Assembly (NCBI GenBank): GCA_050575255.1
Contig: JBNZDD010013726.1
Coordinates: 7,030,236-7,094,235, forward strand
Direction: 5' to 3'
DNA: 64,000 nucleotides
Source of the DNA: Harriotta raleighana
Lineage: Eukaryota
In this document: positions 11,123 through 26,101 of the stretch, piece after piece
How the letters are laid out: each line of letters opens with the position of its first letter
Position numbering within the stretch: the first letter of the stretch is position 1
The notes under the pieces: generated by a model
Told to the model about the DNA's origin: nothing
The model's input: only the letters and a program-made list of their open reading frames with translations
Database searches by the model: none
Made by a program: the position numbers and the translations under genes

Positions 11123-12451
11123 CTAACATAAAACATTGTTTCCACGTTATTCAGACATTACAAGGTCTCCTATGGGAAAGGTTAACCACAATCAAATAAA
11201 TAATTTTGTGAAAGGTTATTTTTCTTGGCAAGACATTTTCTTGCAAGCAATAAATAAACACCTATATTAGTTAAACGTTTTCAGTTAAGTGACAAAATAA
11301 ACTTTTTGTGTATTTTTAAAAATGTTTTCAGATTGAATTCTGTTAAGCAAAGTAAATAAATTATTAAATAACAGCAAATAATTGCCATCGGACTTCGAAA
11401 TGGAGCCTGAACCCATTCTGGAAAAAAAACCTAGTGCTAATTCAGATTTTTGGGAAACAAATTCAAAGAGAATTAGAGCAGGTGTGAAACTAAGGCACAC
11501 ATTTCCTGTCAAAAAACACCTTTAATGAAAAAATCAAATCAAAACTGTGAATGAAGAGGCACGGAAAGTACAAAAACAAAAATTTCTTGTTCACAGCTTC
11601 ATCACCTCATTAAACATACACTGATCCTTATAATATATAGTATTTCCATATATACTTGGTATCAATTTCATCTTAACACGGACTAGAACAAAAGAGTGAT
11701 TAAAACATTTTGCTTTTCTAAGACCACTCCTTTCTATGTTGTCACAATTCCTTCTCAAATCGAAAGCCAAAACTCTGTGGCCTGTAGTCTCAATGACTTA
11801 TGTTGCTCATATAACCCCCAAGATCAGCAACCAGGAGAGAAAATTTTGACAGACAGGATTGTCTTATCAGTTTTTGTAAGTCTTCCCATTCCATTTTATT
11901 TAAATAAAGAAGATATCTGTTGCCCGGCATGGAGCACATCATGAACCTTACATAGTGAAGTAAGATACAAAACAATAATCACTGATCAAGATAAATTTAA
12001 AGATATGATGCTAAAATTGCCACTGTTTTAGTCTTCAATCCAGTTAAATTTTGATAAAAGAATTCCTTTCCTTAATGCTATTTTCTATATTCATGACCCA
12101 CTACAATGTTGGAGTGAAATCTAAGGGTCAAAATGAACGGAAGTTGTAGAAGGTCTATTTCATTGATGACCCAACCTTGGATTTTAATCCACACTCAAAT
12201 GCAATTTAAACTCGTATGACTTTGAATAAATAGTGAGTGATAGAATCAGTCCCAAGGGTTTATTGAGGAACTGAAATGAACAAAATTGTGCTGATCTCCA
12301 GTTTGAGAAAAATCCATGTTTTCTTGTATACATTTCCACCAATAACAACATCACAATAATAGGCATGAAGATTAAGCAACATATTTAATTTCTGGCATGA
12401 ATTCTTGACTTTGTTTAGAAAGGTTGGGTGAGTGAGCCACATCCTACGCAC

Positions 12452-13133
12452 CTGATATAAGCTGACATATTGTTTCCTCAGCCATTGGAGTCTCTGGTCA
12501 GGAAATTTCTTCATCTTTCTCACAGCGTTAGTTAGCTCTTCTAATCCATTATACACCATGTTAGCAGTGTACTTGGGTGCCACAAAGTGAAGCAATCTGT
12601 TATCAGTTGTATGGATCCCGTATAGCAGAGTCACACAGTTCTCTTCCAGGGTCATAGAACAAAGCTTGTTTTGAATACATACTGTATTCAAATCAATTCC
12701 TGTATGTCCCATGTAAACAGCTTTCACAGCAGACATATCCAAGAAGCCTTCCACTAGTCCATTCAGTGCCACGTGTCCATATATCTGAAACTTGCTGTGA
12801 CAGGAGTCTGCACTGTTCCCCACCACCATGCTCTTCACCTTGGTGTTGGCTGGGCTGGCAGTAGGAGGTTTTGTCCAGGTTAGAGTACAATTATCAGGTT
12901 GCAGTTTGAGAAAGCAGCGTGCAGATAGGTGGGCCTCTTGGTCATAATGTATGACAGTAGCCCCTTGTAGAAGAAATTGATGGACGTCAGCTCTGATGGA
13001 CAGTACATACCAAGGAATAAGTTCAGTCTCATGGCTGAATGCTTTCTGCTGCTCCTCAGCTCCGCTCAGATCCCATTCAGTAGACTGCTCAAAAGAATCA
13101 CTTTCTGAATCTGACAGATCTCCAACAATGAAC
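12452..13133 (-). CDS. PLCE1: PLCE1 large exon, PH-domain region (FIVGDLSD...[10 protein letters not shown]...[11 protein letters not shown])
   Basis: Core of ORF 12260..13162; AG 13134-5, GT 12450-1; 682 nt, phase 2 to 0. Confidence 0.97.
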
Positions 13134-15519
13134 CTGTGGAAGCAGAGACAGAAGGAAACCATTAGGAGCCATTCTTCTCATTTTCATATTTCTGTTTCGC
13201 AAGCGAGCTCAACTTCTTATCACATCCATTGGAACAACGTTCAAGGCCAATCCTACTCCATGTCAGCTCACAGTTGCCATACATTCCTAGGACGCAATAT
13301 TGTGTCAAAATGCAGAATAAGCATATGGGCACTTCTTAAGAGACATTTGCCCCAGCCTAGCTGACATCATTATTTCAATCTTTGCACATTGCCCTACAAA
13401 GTCCATGTAGAAGAAGTCATGCATATAAAAAATGCCAAATATCAAATAGCACAAGTTCTTCTTGGTACTAATCAAAACTCTTTTGCTTACAGAAGCTGAA
13501 TCCATGCAAAAAACACTGAAACTATGGGTATCACTTTATATTGTTTATTATTACTGTACCAATATGATTTTGCCCTCTTTTAGCCAAAGATAGCAATTTA
13601 ATAAGATTACAGCCCCTACCCCCATTTAGGAAAGGGCTTTATTCCCAGGAAATAACCTGTTCTTTGAAGTTGTATGTCATTTACATTTTCTGTGGTGCTC
13701 CAAATCCCTTCAGCTGTCTTAATTATTTTGTTTCTTTTAATGGCTTCACCGCATTCAAATCGAAAAGCTGCATTTGTCTAAAAATGCACACCTCTGAAAC
13801 TATTTGAAAAAAGGTGCAATATAAATACAAGTTGTTATTTTAGCTTTGAAATCAATAAGTTTTTCAATTTATTTTTGATTGCCACTTTTGAGACTTCTCA
13901 GTACCAGCATAGATGAGGAATAGTATCAGACCCAAGCAGGCCACTGGGTATCCAAATCCCTCACATTCATATGTTACTGCAGCCATGCCCGAAAGCTTCT
14001 GATTCGTAAAAGACTGTTAGTTATGGTGTATTCACTTGCAGATGACAACCGAGCAGAAGTCAACTTACAATACTCGATTAGATTCTGATGGATTCCTTAC
14101 TCTAGTAGTTGTGCTTAAGAGAGATATAAGAGGAAAAGTACTGAAACAGAGTGAAAATAGACTTGCGATAAAACAAAAGAATACGCGAGAAATCCGAAGA
14201 AGAAAAATAATGGACTGTCAAATTATGACAAAACAAGTGAAATAATTTTGGACCAAATTACAATAGAAATGATATCACAAATATTTAGGCAAGCGTGCTT
14301 TTGGCATCCCTCAAAATGATGGATCCTCGTGTTCAATTTGTGTTCAACTGCACATGATTCATAACCTTTCTGCCAGAACTGATGTTGGCCATGAAACAAT
14401 GGCGACAGCTTTGCAATTTCAAAGCGAGTATTTGTGAACTCAGTGGCAGACCAAACTGACATTGTTTATTATATGGATCCAAGGTAAAACTCAGTCAGAA
14501 GGCAGAATAAATTTGTTATTTTTTTAACTTCCTCTGTGCACTAGATTGTAATGTGTTTACTTAAATAATGACGTTCAGATTCATCTCATTGAAAACCTAA
14601 CACTTCAAGTAGCAATTAAATCAAACTGAAGTTTTGTAAATTCAAAGTGTTATAAGTTCCGCTTAACTGTTTAACCCACAAAGCCGTTTGAACATCATTT
14701 TTGGATCATATATTATAAATATTGACAAAAATGTAAGTAATTTAGCTCTGATAAACCTAAAATAAAATCTATTATGTCCTAAGAAAATCTAGTATCAAAG
14801 AAAAATCAAGTGATTAAGTTCTTCAACAAAAAAAGTGCACAGAAACAGTCCAAAATATAGGTACCGTATAATCTCCATGTATACTTATCAAGATAAGCTT
14901 TGAGAAGGCTAGTGTTTGCATAGTAGAAGCTTATGTTATTTCAAGCCTCACCCACAGTAGAAACCACTACAGGCACTCAATGATGTCTAGGACTGTACAG
15001 ATGTCATTTCTAATGATTTTTTATGTATATCCAATATCTTGAGGAAGTAATAACAGGAGTAAAAGGTAGCCACAATATTCTTGCTAATATTCCCCCACAG
15101 TAGAGCTTGCTTGTTCAAATTCAAAATAATTTATTTTCCAAATCTATGTGTTATCAACACTTGAGCTCCACCAATGAGTTCAGAAAATATTTCTCCAGAG
15201 GCAGTTGATAAGTCATTTTATTTTACTGATTCTTTATCTGGGACTCCCTCAAAAATCATATCAAAAGTTTGCCTTGTTACTTTGAAGATGCAATCAGATC
15301 CACTATCCATAATTCTTTCAAGAAGCCGAACAACCTGCCTCTGAAACCAGCTTTAAACCAATCCTTATCAGTGTGACACAGTGAGATCACAGTGTGAAAG
15401 CTCAAGACATTTTCAGTAGAAAAGGAAGATAAAGAAAACAGTCCAAGCAGAAGTTCTCTTTTGAGAAGAGTTCACGTATTTGATCGATATTGCAATAATA
15501 GCTAAGGTGGACATCAAGG

Positions 15520-15632
15520 TAATAATAACACCCATGCATTTGATAAAGCTCCTTATTACATTGTCAAGACGTCTCAAAGCGCTTCTCAAGGAATACTGTA
15601 AAGTCGTTTGCATGTGCGCATTTTGTGGGCAG
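15520..15632 (-). repeat. SINE 3' fragment
   Basis: gcatttgat...gacgtctcaaagcgcttc...aatactgtaaagt matches the SINE tail. Confidence 0.65.
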
Positions 15633-15839
15633 TATTATTGCAAAGCTGTATAATGTGATTTAATATCTCCCAATTTCTGAAGTGAAATTTTAACATTAAT
15701 GAACTATGAGAGGGAGAGCACAAAATACATGGGCAATCCTAGAGAACATACTGTTAGTGTAACTGGAGCTAAACAGCTGTGTCAATGACAGTAAGTCTAG
15801 ATTCCATTGCGATAGGATCACGACAGATCTGTTTGTAAC

Positions 15840-16010
15840 CTGAAACAAAAACAGAGATCCCTGGAAACACTTAGCAGGTCAGGCAGCATCTATGGCGAAA
15901 GGAAAGTTCGTCCCAATTTCTGTTCTCCATAGATGGTGCCTAACTAGTTGAGTGTTCCCAGTCATCTCTGTTATTGTTTTCAGATTTTCAGTATCTGCAG
16001 TATTTTGCAT
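15840..16010. repeat. Imperfect inverted-repeat (hairpin) element of a type common in sharks
   Basis: Arm 15840-15898 (cagagatccctggaaacacttagcaggtcaggcagcatctatgg) pairs with arm 15923-15983. Confidence 0.7.
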
Positions 16011-16239
16011 TTTATTTCTGTTTGTAAGTTTTCTCTTTACGTTCGTGATGGCCATGTGTCTGGCTTATTTATTTGTTAGTTTTCCACTCCCATAGTACTT
16101 TTTGTTTCATTTCCGTTTCGACAGTGAACCAAAGAAAAATTGAACTTGAGTTGTGAAGTTTAGCTGAGAAGGAAGAATATTACATGATAGCTGAAAACAT
16201 CCTACATTAGAATGTTGTTAAAAGAAACAAGAGTGGAGG

Positions 16240-16480
16240 TGAGGAGAAACATTTGCACACATTAAGTTGTTCGGATCTGGAATGCATTGCCTGAAAGGGG
16301 GGTGGAAGCCAATTCCGATAACAACTTTTAAGAGACAAGTAGACATGTAGTTATTTGGAGAGGAGGGGTTTGTAGGGCTCGAGGGAGATAACAGGGGAGT
16401 GGGATTGATTTGAACAGCTCTTTTCAAAGAGCCGGCACAGACTCAACGGCATCCTTCTGTTTTATATAATTCTATGATTA
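16240..16480 (+). mobile_element. CR1 LINE 3' fragment
   Basis: tggaatgcattgcctgaaagggggggtggaagc-type text, tttaagagacaagtagac, aaagagccggcacagac: CR1 ORF2 end and 3' UTR pattern. Confidence 0.7.
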
Positions 16481-16641
16481 TTTTTAAAATTCTCTCTTCA
16501 GCACATATATGGTACTCCAGCCTAGAAAATATGTAAGTGATTTGCTTTTGCTATTGTGAGATGCTGCTATAGGTCTACTTCACACACTGTGATGAATACA
16601 GTCACAAATGTCATTCAACAACAATTAGTTCCAATACTTAC

Positions 16642-16850
16642 TGATATTTGTTTCTCTCTTTAAAGGAGTTCTTGCGGGTAGTACAACTTTCACTGGCATT
16701 CTCTTCTCCTTCTTCAGATTCTACGTTTCTGTTACAGCTTCGAATTATCTGGAGGATGCTGTTCACTGTGGACTCCTTCTCTGTATTGTTAAGTCCATCT
16801 TTTCCAATCCGCTGCAAGAAATTGTCCTGTCCATTGTAGTCTGCAACAAA
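16642..16850 (-). CDS. PLCE1: PLCE1 exon ([14 protein letters not shown]...KERNKYQ)
   Basis: AG/GT boundaries; 209 nt, phase 0 to 2. Confidence 0.96.
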
Positions 16851-17462
16851 CTGGGACAAATCATTTCCTTCAGTGAGAATCTGTCCCCAATGATTATGAT
16901 GATGCGGCCATTAAAAACCGGGAACATTATCCACATTCAAACAAACAGGATATTAGATCTTATCTTGTGAAACAAATATCCAATGCATACATTAACCACA
17001 AGAAATGTAACCAGGGACTGATGCCTTAACAGGCAATTTAATCGACGTTTCTAAGTTTACCATGACAATTACATACCCAGTAACCCAGTAGTTGAATGTA
17101 AATTACATTACTTGAAACCTTTAGAGCAGATCAACTGTTCCATTTCCTATTAAAGTAAATGTAAGGAACCTGTTGGATTAATAGTTCCCCTACCCCATCC
17201 CCCACCCCCAAAAGAAATACTATATCTTTGCGCTTCTGGTAAAAGAGTATTCTGAGAAGGCTACTTCTGTCTGTTCCAGAAAATCAACCGAAATAAAAAT
17301 TGGTAACAGGAAAACTCTCCTTTGCAAATGACAATGTCACCAATCACACTCCCCTCATCGCTCAGGAAATATTCCAAAAAGGAGCATTACTATCCAGGCA
17401 TTTTCTGAGATAAATTAATGGTCATCGCTCCATTTGCCTTCATCATCGGTGAAGTCTCTTAC

Positions 17463-17721
17463 CTCTATGGTATCATCCTGGGAATCACAGCGTGAATGGA
17501 ATTTCATTAAACTGGCTGCTCCATCCAGAACGTCACAAAGCTCCTTTAGAAACACACCACAGAAGGGAACAACTTTGCATCCGGGTATATTCAGAGCCCG
17601 GCTAACTACTTTCCTGTATTCAGATGAAGTTTCATGCTGTGCCATAGCATCTTTTAGGCTTCGCATAGTTTCAATGTCAGACTGATCCATGAACTGCCAC
17701 ATCTTTAGTACTTTCCTGGAT
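17463..17721 (-). CDS. PLCE1: PLCE1 exon, RasGEF domain ([23 protein letters not shown]...DTIE)
   Basis: AG/GT boundaries; 259 nt, phase 2 to 0; peptide matches PLCE1. Confidence 0.97.
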
Positions 17722-17756
17722 CTGCGACAAGAAGGTTAGAATATCATGAGTACATT

Positions 17757-18177
17757 AAACAACAACAAAATTGCATTTATAGAGCGCCTTTCACGTTGGG
17801 ACGTCCCAAGGCGCTAAACAGTCAGGGCTTGGGACCCAAGCAGGCTGGGGGGAGGGGAGGGAGAGAGTTGGGAGGGCGTCAGAAGGCACGATCGAAGAGG
17901 AGGGTCTTGAGTCCGGTCTTGGCAGAGGCAAGGGAGGAAGGGTGGTGAAGGGACTGTGGGAGTTCCAGAGTGTGGGGGCAGAGAGGCTGAAAGCACCGCC
18001 ACTGATGGTAGGGTGGGTTGAGCGGGGGACATAGAGCGACCGGAGCCCATTGAACAGAGGGGGTGGGCAGGTTGTTAGGGAATCAGTAGGTCGGAGAGAT
18101 AGAAAGGGGGGCAAGGCCGTGAATGGCCTTGAAAGTGAGGACGAGGATCTTGAATTCAATCTTCTGGGGGATGGGGA
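17757..18177 (-). mobile_element. L2 LINE 3' fragment
   Basis: Frameshifted LPIP.RIEFKILVLTFKAIHGLAP and GGAFSLSAPTLWNS (L2 ORF2 C-terminus); tail ggcgctctataaatgcaat(TTG)n. Confidence 0.88.
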
Positions 18178-19910
18178 GCTAAACACCTTCCAGCTGTACA
18201 CACCACTTATCTATTTAACATCTCTGAATAAAGTTTCTAAATCAATGTGGGTTTTGTAACTTTTGTGTGAAATTCCAAACCCAGTTGGCTTGAGTTCATT
18301 TCATACAGGATACGTACAAATGTAGGAAGCTATACAACAACTTGATTTGAATCCAGGTATGGTGGTGAAAAGGCTGTATGGGATCTAATCTCCCGCAAAG
18401 CCCAGTACTCCTTACTCCTAGAGCTTGTCCCTCAATCAGCATTCATCTTCCAGATTTCCTACCAGTTATTTAGCATTGATTACAGTTAGATGTTTGAGAT
18501 CAATACTTGGTCCAGTGACACTCATTAATCAGATTCACCAAACCTATGGCTTTCATACTTCAGGCCATTTTCTATTCTGACAAAACTCAATTTATGTTAC
18601 ACACAGACTGGAAAAATTCAAACCTCTGCAATACCACTATAAAGAAGACAAATATCATAATTGTAACAGCTTTTAAAAAAAAGCTTTGTTGCCAGGGGTA
18701 AAAGTCTATAACTGAGACTGGGCTGAACATTTTGTTGGAGACAGTGAAAAATAGAGGGAAACATATTTATGGCTAACACTTAAACTAAATCTTTTAATGA
18801 TTTGAAAGATTCATTGGCCAATGAGAGCAATATTCACCTGGACCATCTTGTATTTCACCTTGGTTTCCAGTATATTATTATTTGCTGAGACAATGATGAT
18901 TCAAATGATGTATTTATTAAGGAGCCAGTGAGTCTCGGTGACTGGATTGTTTTAGATATATTTTGATATCTTATTTTGTCATAAGGTTACAGCACATTGT
19001 TGGTGCAATCTCTATTACATTCATCTTGGAGAAGCTAAAGAAAATATTGTGCACGCACACTATATGAGATTAAAAATCTCCCCCATACCCTGCCCACTCT
19101 CGCCTTTGCCAATTTACATTTGAAGAATGGTTAATTTGGCAAGTTACATTTAATGGAGTCAGTTGATGTAAAAAAAACTATTAAAAGAATTTTTATGCAA
19201 AATTAAGCAACGAAACATGCAGCCAATGCAGTGAATCAACAACTAACGAATCAACAATCTCTGTCACAAAAATTGGACCAGAAGCCAGTCCATTGATTTA
19301 TAGATCTGCATATTGTTTTTGGAGGCTTACAGGATACCATCGGCAAGTTTAGTATTTGGTAATAGGCCACCTTTGGGCTTAATCATTGTGACAGAGTCAG
19401 GAAGGAAGGACACTGTTGTAGGCCCAGTCAATATCTTTACTTATTAACTGACGTAGTTGAAGGCATTTTTTCAGCAGCATGCTAATTACTCCAGGTCTCA
19501 ATTTTAACCATATAACGGTACAATTCCTGATCAAGAGGAACAATACTGAATCATACGGTTTCGAATCTCCAGTGGGGATATGTAAGAGTTCCAGAACAAA
19601 CTCCTCTTTACAAACTTTGTGATACTTGGCCTAAATGTCATGGAGTAGAATTGTTTCATTGTGAAATACAATCCTGTGCAAATTCACCCCCCAATTTAAA
19701 GCAAATATAATCTTATACTGATGCAGAAAATGTATTACTTTGTTGGATTCCTGTAAAATCTACTGCTTAAAGCTACTTTGACCTAACTTATTTGGAAGCT
19801 GTGTTTGAACAAGTGCCAAGCTCAATTTTTGATCAAAGCGTCTTATATTTAATATGGAAAAATGTAATTCTGATCTTGCTTTGAACTGACTTTAGTGGAG
19901 GAATGAATCA

Positions 19911-20120
<210 letters not shown>

Positions 20121-21023
20121 TCATCAGTACTTATATCTAATAACATTACCATTACTACAATTAATTCATATTTTACCCGCAAATTATGGGAGGGCACAAT
20201 TTAAACACCAATTCTATGAACTCCTATCATATTATCTCATGTAGCTCAGATGGCTGAGCTATCCAAGGAAGCCAACATCTGATAGCATACAGCAAACCCA
20301 AATGGTCAACTGAACATTTCCCATTAAGTCTAAATCCTGCAGAACTACATGTATTGAGGGGTTGAAATTTATTTAATCAAAGCTAGATCTCAATCCAGGT
20401 CTCAGATATGAAATCAATTCACTGCACCCTTCAGTCGTGTAATACATTCACTCCACCAACCAGTCATCAAAGGAACAACATGTTCATACATTTTAGAATA
20501 GTTAACAAGACTAAAATAGTAGAGATGGTTTCTGAGGATTAAACTTGAGAGCCAGACAGACAAAACTTCAGCTACAATTCTAACATCAAGGATAAATCCA
20601 ATTTTCCGGATCTAAGTGTGATTCACAAGCCAAAATTTCCCTGAAAAAATAAAGGATCCCATAGTTTAATCCTTAGAATTTGACTGACTATCAGTTTTTG
20701 TTTGAATTATGCCAACAAAAATCTGTGACTTTAAGGGAGGAGGCAGAGAAAAATTAAAACCAAGATCAGCATTAAAATAAAGTGTAGCAAATCAGGTCTT
20801 ATAGTTTCAAAGGATAATAATGTCATATTCATCACACAAATACATTGTAAGATTTACAAAGGAAGTAAATAGAAGGTTTCAATGGGTAAAGATGTTACTA
20901 TTGGCACAATTCAATTAATTTCCATATTACAGTAATTGACTGTGACTCATAATATTCAGAGAAACAAGTTTGACAAGGGTTTTGATATTCATATATTCTC
21001 TGTACGTATTGGTGCAGCACAAC

Positions 21024-21405
21024 AGCAACAACTTGCACTTATATAATGCTCTGCCTGCAGGGTATTGTCTCAAGTGCTTAACAGTTGCAGAGCCTGACTC
21101 CGAACGAGGTGGGTAATTGGCCGTAAGTACGGTCGAAGAGAAAGGATTTCAGGCGGGACTTGAAAAGGGGGAGGGAGGGGACAAAGGGGAGGGATTGAGC
21201 TAGAGTCTTCTTGTGTTTCGGGGCGTAGTGCTGAAAGTGTGACCTACGATGGTGGGGCGGAGGGTACGAGGGACGAGCAGGAGGCGGTTGGTGCCAGTCG
21301 AGCGGAGGTGCCGGATGGTGGATTGGGCAGCGAGGAGTTTGGACAGGAAGGGAGGTTCCAGAGGTTTGTTTTGTAGGGAGGTGCCAGAGAGTGAAAGGAT
21401 TTGAA
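21024..21405 (-). mobile_element. L2 LINE 3' fragment
   Basis: FKSFHSLAPPY and RHLRS...LLLVPRT remnants; tail similar to other L2 copies. Confidence 0.8.
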
Positions 21406-24400
21406 CACAGCCAAGATGCAAAGAACAGACAATCCTAATAGGAAACAATTGGATGAATATGTTGCAGCTTGTAACTCAATCCAACAATTAGTCTCTCCAA
21501 ACCAAGCACTACACGTAGCATTTGTCAAGTTACAAGTGCTTGCTGAGGTCAAGGAATCTACGGTGACAGCCCTTTCAAACTGGTAGTAGTTTACACTACA
21601 TCCATCAAAATCAATCAAAATTACATTTATATAGCGCCTTTCACGTCAGGAGAACGTCCCAAGGCACTGACAGGAAGAGATTACATATTATACATGACAG
21701 GAAGAGATTATATCTACATCCCGTAGTCCTCACCAGAATTCTCCCAAAAATGTGTGTTCCTCAAAAAGTACAGAGCAGATCATCAAGCCAGACCAATTTT
21801 CCAACAAGCTTTATGAGCTTTATCTCACATTGCCCCTCCAATTTTCTTTAGCGTCACAAATATAATGAATTTCTTGTGAAACTGATCATTCTCAGTTTCC
21901 AAAACCTCCATATGAAATCTATTCCACATGTCAAAGTAGCCACATTTAGAATTGTCTATTCACCCTTTTCATTCAAAATTTGAGATCATGAGATCCACAC
22001 TGAACAAAATACTACAGTTTAATTTTGACTGTATCCTGTATCCCTTTGGATCAGAAAGTCTTTAAAAACATCAAACTCAATTATGTATTCTCTAAAATAA
22101 ATATTTGCAGCTTCCAAAATCGTTCCGATTAGCTTAAATGCCCAATTCAATATACAGTAAATTGGTTGAATCAGAATCACTGGAATTTGTGCCCAGAAAA
22201 GGACAGAAAGAAAGCTCAAAGTACTGTAATAAAAAATATTCCATCAATTATTGCTAACGAACTACTGGTTTAATTCCTGGTGTTCCTGGAAGTAATCCTC
22301 CTACTTCCTAAATGGAGCCAAAATACTTACTATACAAATGATTTCTGGTGCCACAAATTATATTCGTAGACACAGACTTCCAGGCAATTACAAGGAATAT
22401 CTCTATCAACCCATTGAACAAACCACAAAATACTAGCAGTGTTACCAGATTTGTCCCCATCACATATTTCATGTCAATATTGGGATACATTTCAACGCAT
22501 GTTTTGTAAACAAAATCAAATGCATTCTTTAGGTGAATAGACAAACCAAACTGCTGCTTGTTCAATGTATTGTAGCTGTAAACATTTGACCTGTGAGCTG
22601 CAAAAATCAAAATCCAACCTGGCATTAAAATAAACTACTGAATTGCAAAACGAAATGTAGTCCCAAGGCATTTTCTGCAATACCTGTTTTAGGACTTACA
22701 GTATATGTTTAAGTAATCGCAATCCATGTGTTGAAGACTTTACCCGAGACTTACAGCTACATCTGGCAACGATGAGGCAATGTTAAAATATTCCTGAAAT
22801 AAATTGCTTCTCCCTGTGATTTTGGCATTTATTGCTTCTGTTGTTAAGGATTAAAGTACCAAAAATGCAGAAATTATTTCATCTATGATACATAAGCCAG
22901 CTGTTCTGATAATCAGCTTGGCACTTACCCCTGGAAAAGATTTTAGTCTCAGTACATACTGTTTGATTACTTCAGACAAATTTTCCACCCCACTGTCACG
23001 TGCAGACTTGCAGACACCAGTGGTAACTCCAAGACACATAGTCTATAACAGCCAACATAATTCAATCCTTGGGTTACACAGTTTGTTAAACATAACATTT
23101 ACCAACTAAAAACACAAGGGAAACACAGAGGTTTGAGAAAACACAATTGAGCTCCCTCCTTCCAACAGCATATACTGTATATAACTTATTGTGTCCCCCT
23201 TCCTGTTTTGCTGAAAGTATTTAATTCTATTTTCCTTCCGGGGTATGGTTCCTTATGTACCAAACCTTCCAGCATCTCAACTGTGTGAGTTGAATGTAAG
23301 GTTGGCTATCCTCGACCAAACTCCACACAGTTGCACCTTGCAATAGAAGATCAGATCTCTCTTAAGCAAAAATTGCAAGTTCCACCATCCAAGGACACTC
23401 ACACAACTCCTTGCAAATTAAAATTTGAGCATTTAAACCACCATTGACTTCATAATCAATCCACAAGCTCAACCTCTGGAGCAAGGTACACTTGGTCTTT
23501 AACCAAACGTTTGAGATGTCTCCAAATAGCAATCGGGAGGAAAATATTTTGTTCCACTCTTTAACCCAAAGGTAGGGTTTCAAATTTGCAACTTTCTAAT
23601 TTCTGAGGCCGACTGCTGCACTCGTCTGTTTCTTTACACGCAAGGCCATCTTGTTGCTAACATACACAGAGAAATTTGATGCATAGATGGCAAGCATATG
23701 TGGAACTCAATCTGGGTTGGATATTCTTAAGCAGGGTGATGGGATGGGTTTCTGCACGTGTCAGACACCTGGCTGACTCCCAAAAGTTGACAAATTGCAA
23801 AAATACACAAAAGACTGATTTCCAAACCCATTTCAACAGAGTGAGAACACATGATGTATATTTTGCATGATTTTGAGCTTTTCCATTAATGCAGACTTCA
23901 GTACAGTATTTATAAATGTGTTGCAACACTTCACAATGACCATCAAAATTGTAAACAAGGTCTCAAATACTTTGGCCTCAAAACAGATGTGTTTAGTTAT
24001 GCCCCTTAAAGGGACTTTCTGTTGAATTATATATTGATGACACAGATCCCCTTCTAGAAGAAGATCACAAACCAAACATTATTCCAAAATAGGACCTAAA
24101 TATTTCTTCATTAGATCCATAAAACTTGACATAAAGTTACATCATGTAATGCTTTTCACGATTGAGATGTTTCTGTTTGAAAAAGTTGGATGAAGAAAAA
24201 TTGCTGATAAAAACTAAATTATAAATAATTTTCATGACAAACACTGGAAGCAGGAATTGAACTCTGGGTGGACTAGTTGGCTAGTTTACGAGATTGTTGC
24301 ATTTCTCTCCTTGCAAAGTGCTAAACACAGCTGTAACTGCTCAACTTGCTCCTCCTCCACAGTGTGAAAATGTAACATTTCCGTATGACCTCAAGTCAAA

Positions 24401-26101
24401 GTTGCACATTAATCATATGAGATGAATTCTGTGCAGTTTTGCATGTCTTACACTACCTTTGATTATTGAAAACTGTGCTATAGTATAGACCACTATCAAT
24501 AGGTGGTTGATGTCCATAGTCTGAGACGCCGTCCGGCGTGGAGGGCGCTGTATAAATCAAAGTTGTTGTTGTTTACCTCAACGCCAGAACTGGTATTAAA
24601 TGAAGAGGCATTACATTACACAACAAAATACATTTGTCTGATCTCCGGCTTGATGGCAGGTCCCAAAGGAAGCAAGACTGTGATTGGAGAAAAGATTAAA
24701 CAAACGTGGTACTGAATGGTCTGCATTTGCATATTCCATACAGAACACAGCAGTACACAAACCCCAGCACTCAAAACTTCTTTTAAAATGACTTGAGATA
24801 AATCGACCAAAGGTATCATCATAATAATAGCAGCTAAATATTCAACAAAGATCTTGTACATGTAAACTATTGCTGGGCTTTAAGCAGCCTCAAGCACAAT
24901 TACACAGCTTCATGTTAGCTGGTTAGTTGCGGTAAAACATAAAGCAAACTTTCTCTTCAATTTGATAGTCATAATGAAATCAGTCAGTCTCAACCATGTT
25001 CTCTACTCTCAGATAGAAGTTGGGGTCAAGGAAAAACAAGTTGCCAGTCACAATTAATTTCTCCCCAGCAAACATTCCTCATGTTCCTCACCACTCTGGC
25101 AATCTGACTAGTCTGCCTCTCAAATCCTGCCAATGAGCCAGGTTGACTGGTCTGTCATCAGCAGTGACCTGCAGTACTGGAGACCCGCCTGGCTTAGGAA
25201 CTAGGCTACAGAGAATGTCACAGAGAGTTGTCTTAATTCCCACATTCTGTTGTAAAGCATGTCATGCTGGAGCCAGCTCAACTCCTAAGAGATCCTGCTT
25301 ACCCCTCCCCGGGTGGACAGTCTTTATACAGACATTTATATACACTCACACATGCAAAAACACACATAGTCCTCCATTATACTGACATCCATGATTCCAT
25401 TATGTTATGAGAGTTGTGATATAATCTCTGTTGCTACAATTATGCTAGATTTTTCACTGCAGTTCAAGTGAGACCACTTTTGCCTTACACCTCTCCTCAC
25501 TCTTGCCAATATTTCCAATTGCAATGTGTTGTGAATTATAAAACAAAAACATGTGTTCATGCTCAGCGCTGACCAGAAGGGATGAAAAGGCAGCAAAATC
25601 TATTTGCTGCCATGACACATTGGCAGACGGTAGGCTGTTAAGTGGAAGTTTAACAAGGTAAGTAGCAAAGACTGGTGGTAAGTGAGGGAGGCGATAGAGT
25701 GACAAATGACTGTACAAAGAAAAGCAATGAGGTATGAATTCACTGTATGTTTCAATGGTGGTGGTCTCTCTGAATGCCAACAAACATCAGTGTGCTGCAC
25801 GCAATAAACAATACTATTTAGATCTTCACTTCATCGTCAAATATGAACAATATTGTGGTTGTGACTTTAGCAAACACAAAACTAAAAAAATTCCAATTAT
25901 CCCAAGCCATAACATTAAGTATGATGAATCAAGTCCGCTGCATTAAGTTAATTTTGAGTTAAGATCACCTTAGTATTACATTCCATGTTAATGCAAATTT
26001 AGGACAAGGAAAAACGTGTGATAATAAAGAATAACCTAAAACTAAGGATTGTTTATATTGAGTAACATTAGTTTAGAAATCAAATGAGAAGTTAGAGATG
26101 A

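Noticed and set aside
25295-25345. Strong minus-strand donor GGG|GTAAGC with a TATA-like motif upstream
   Set aside because: TAA in the frame needed to join the next exon, and no convincing acceptor or start.
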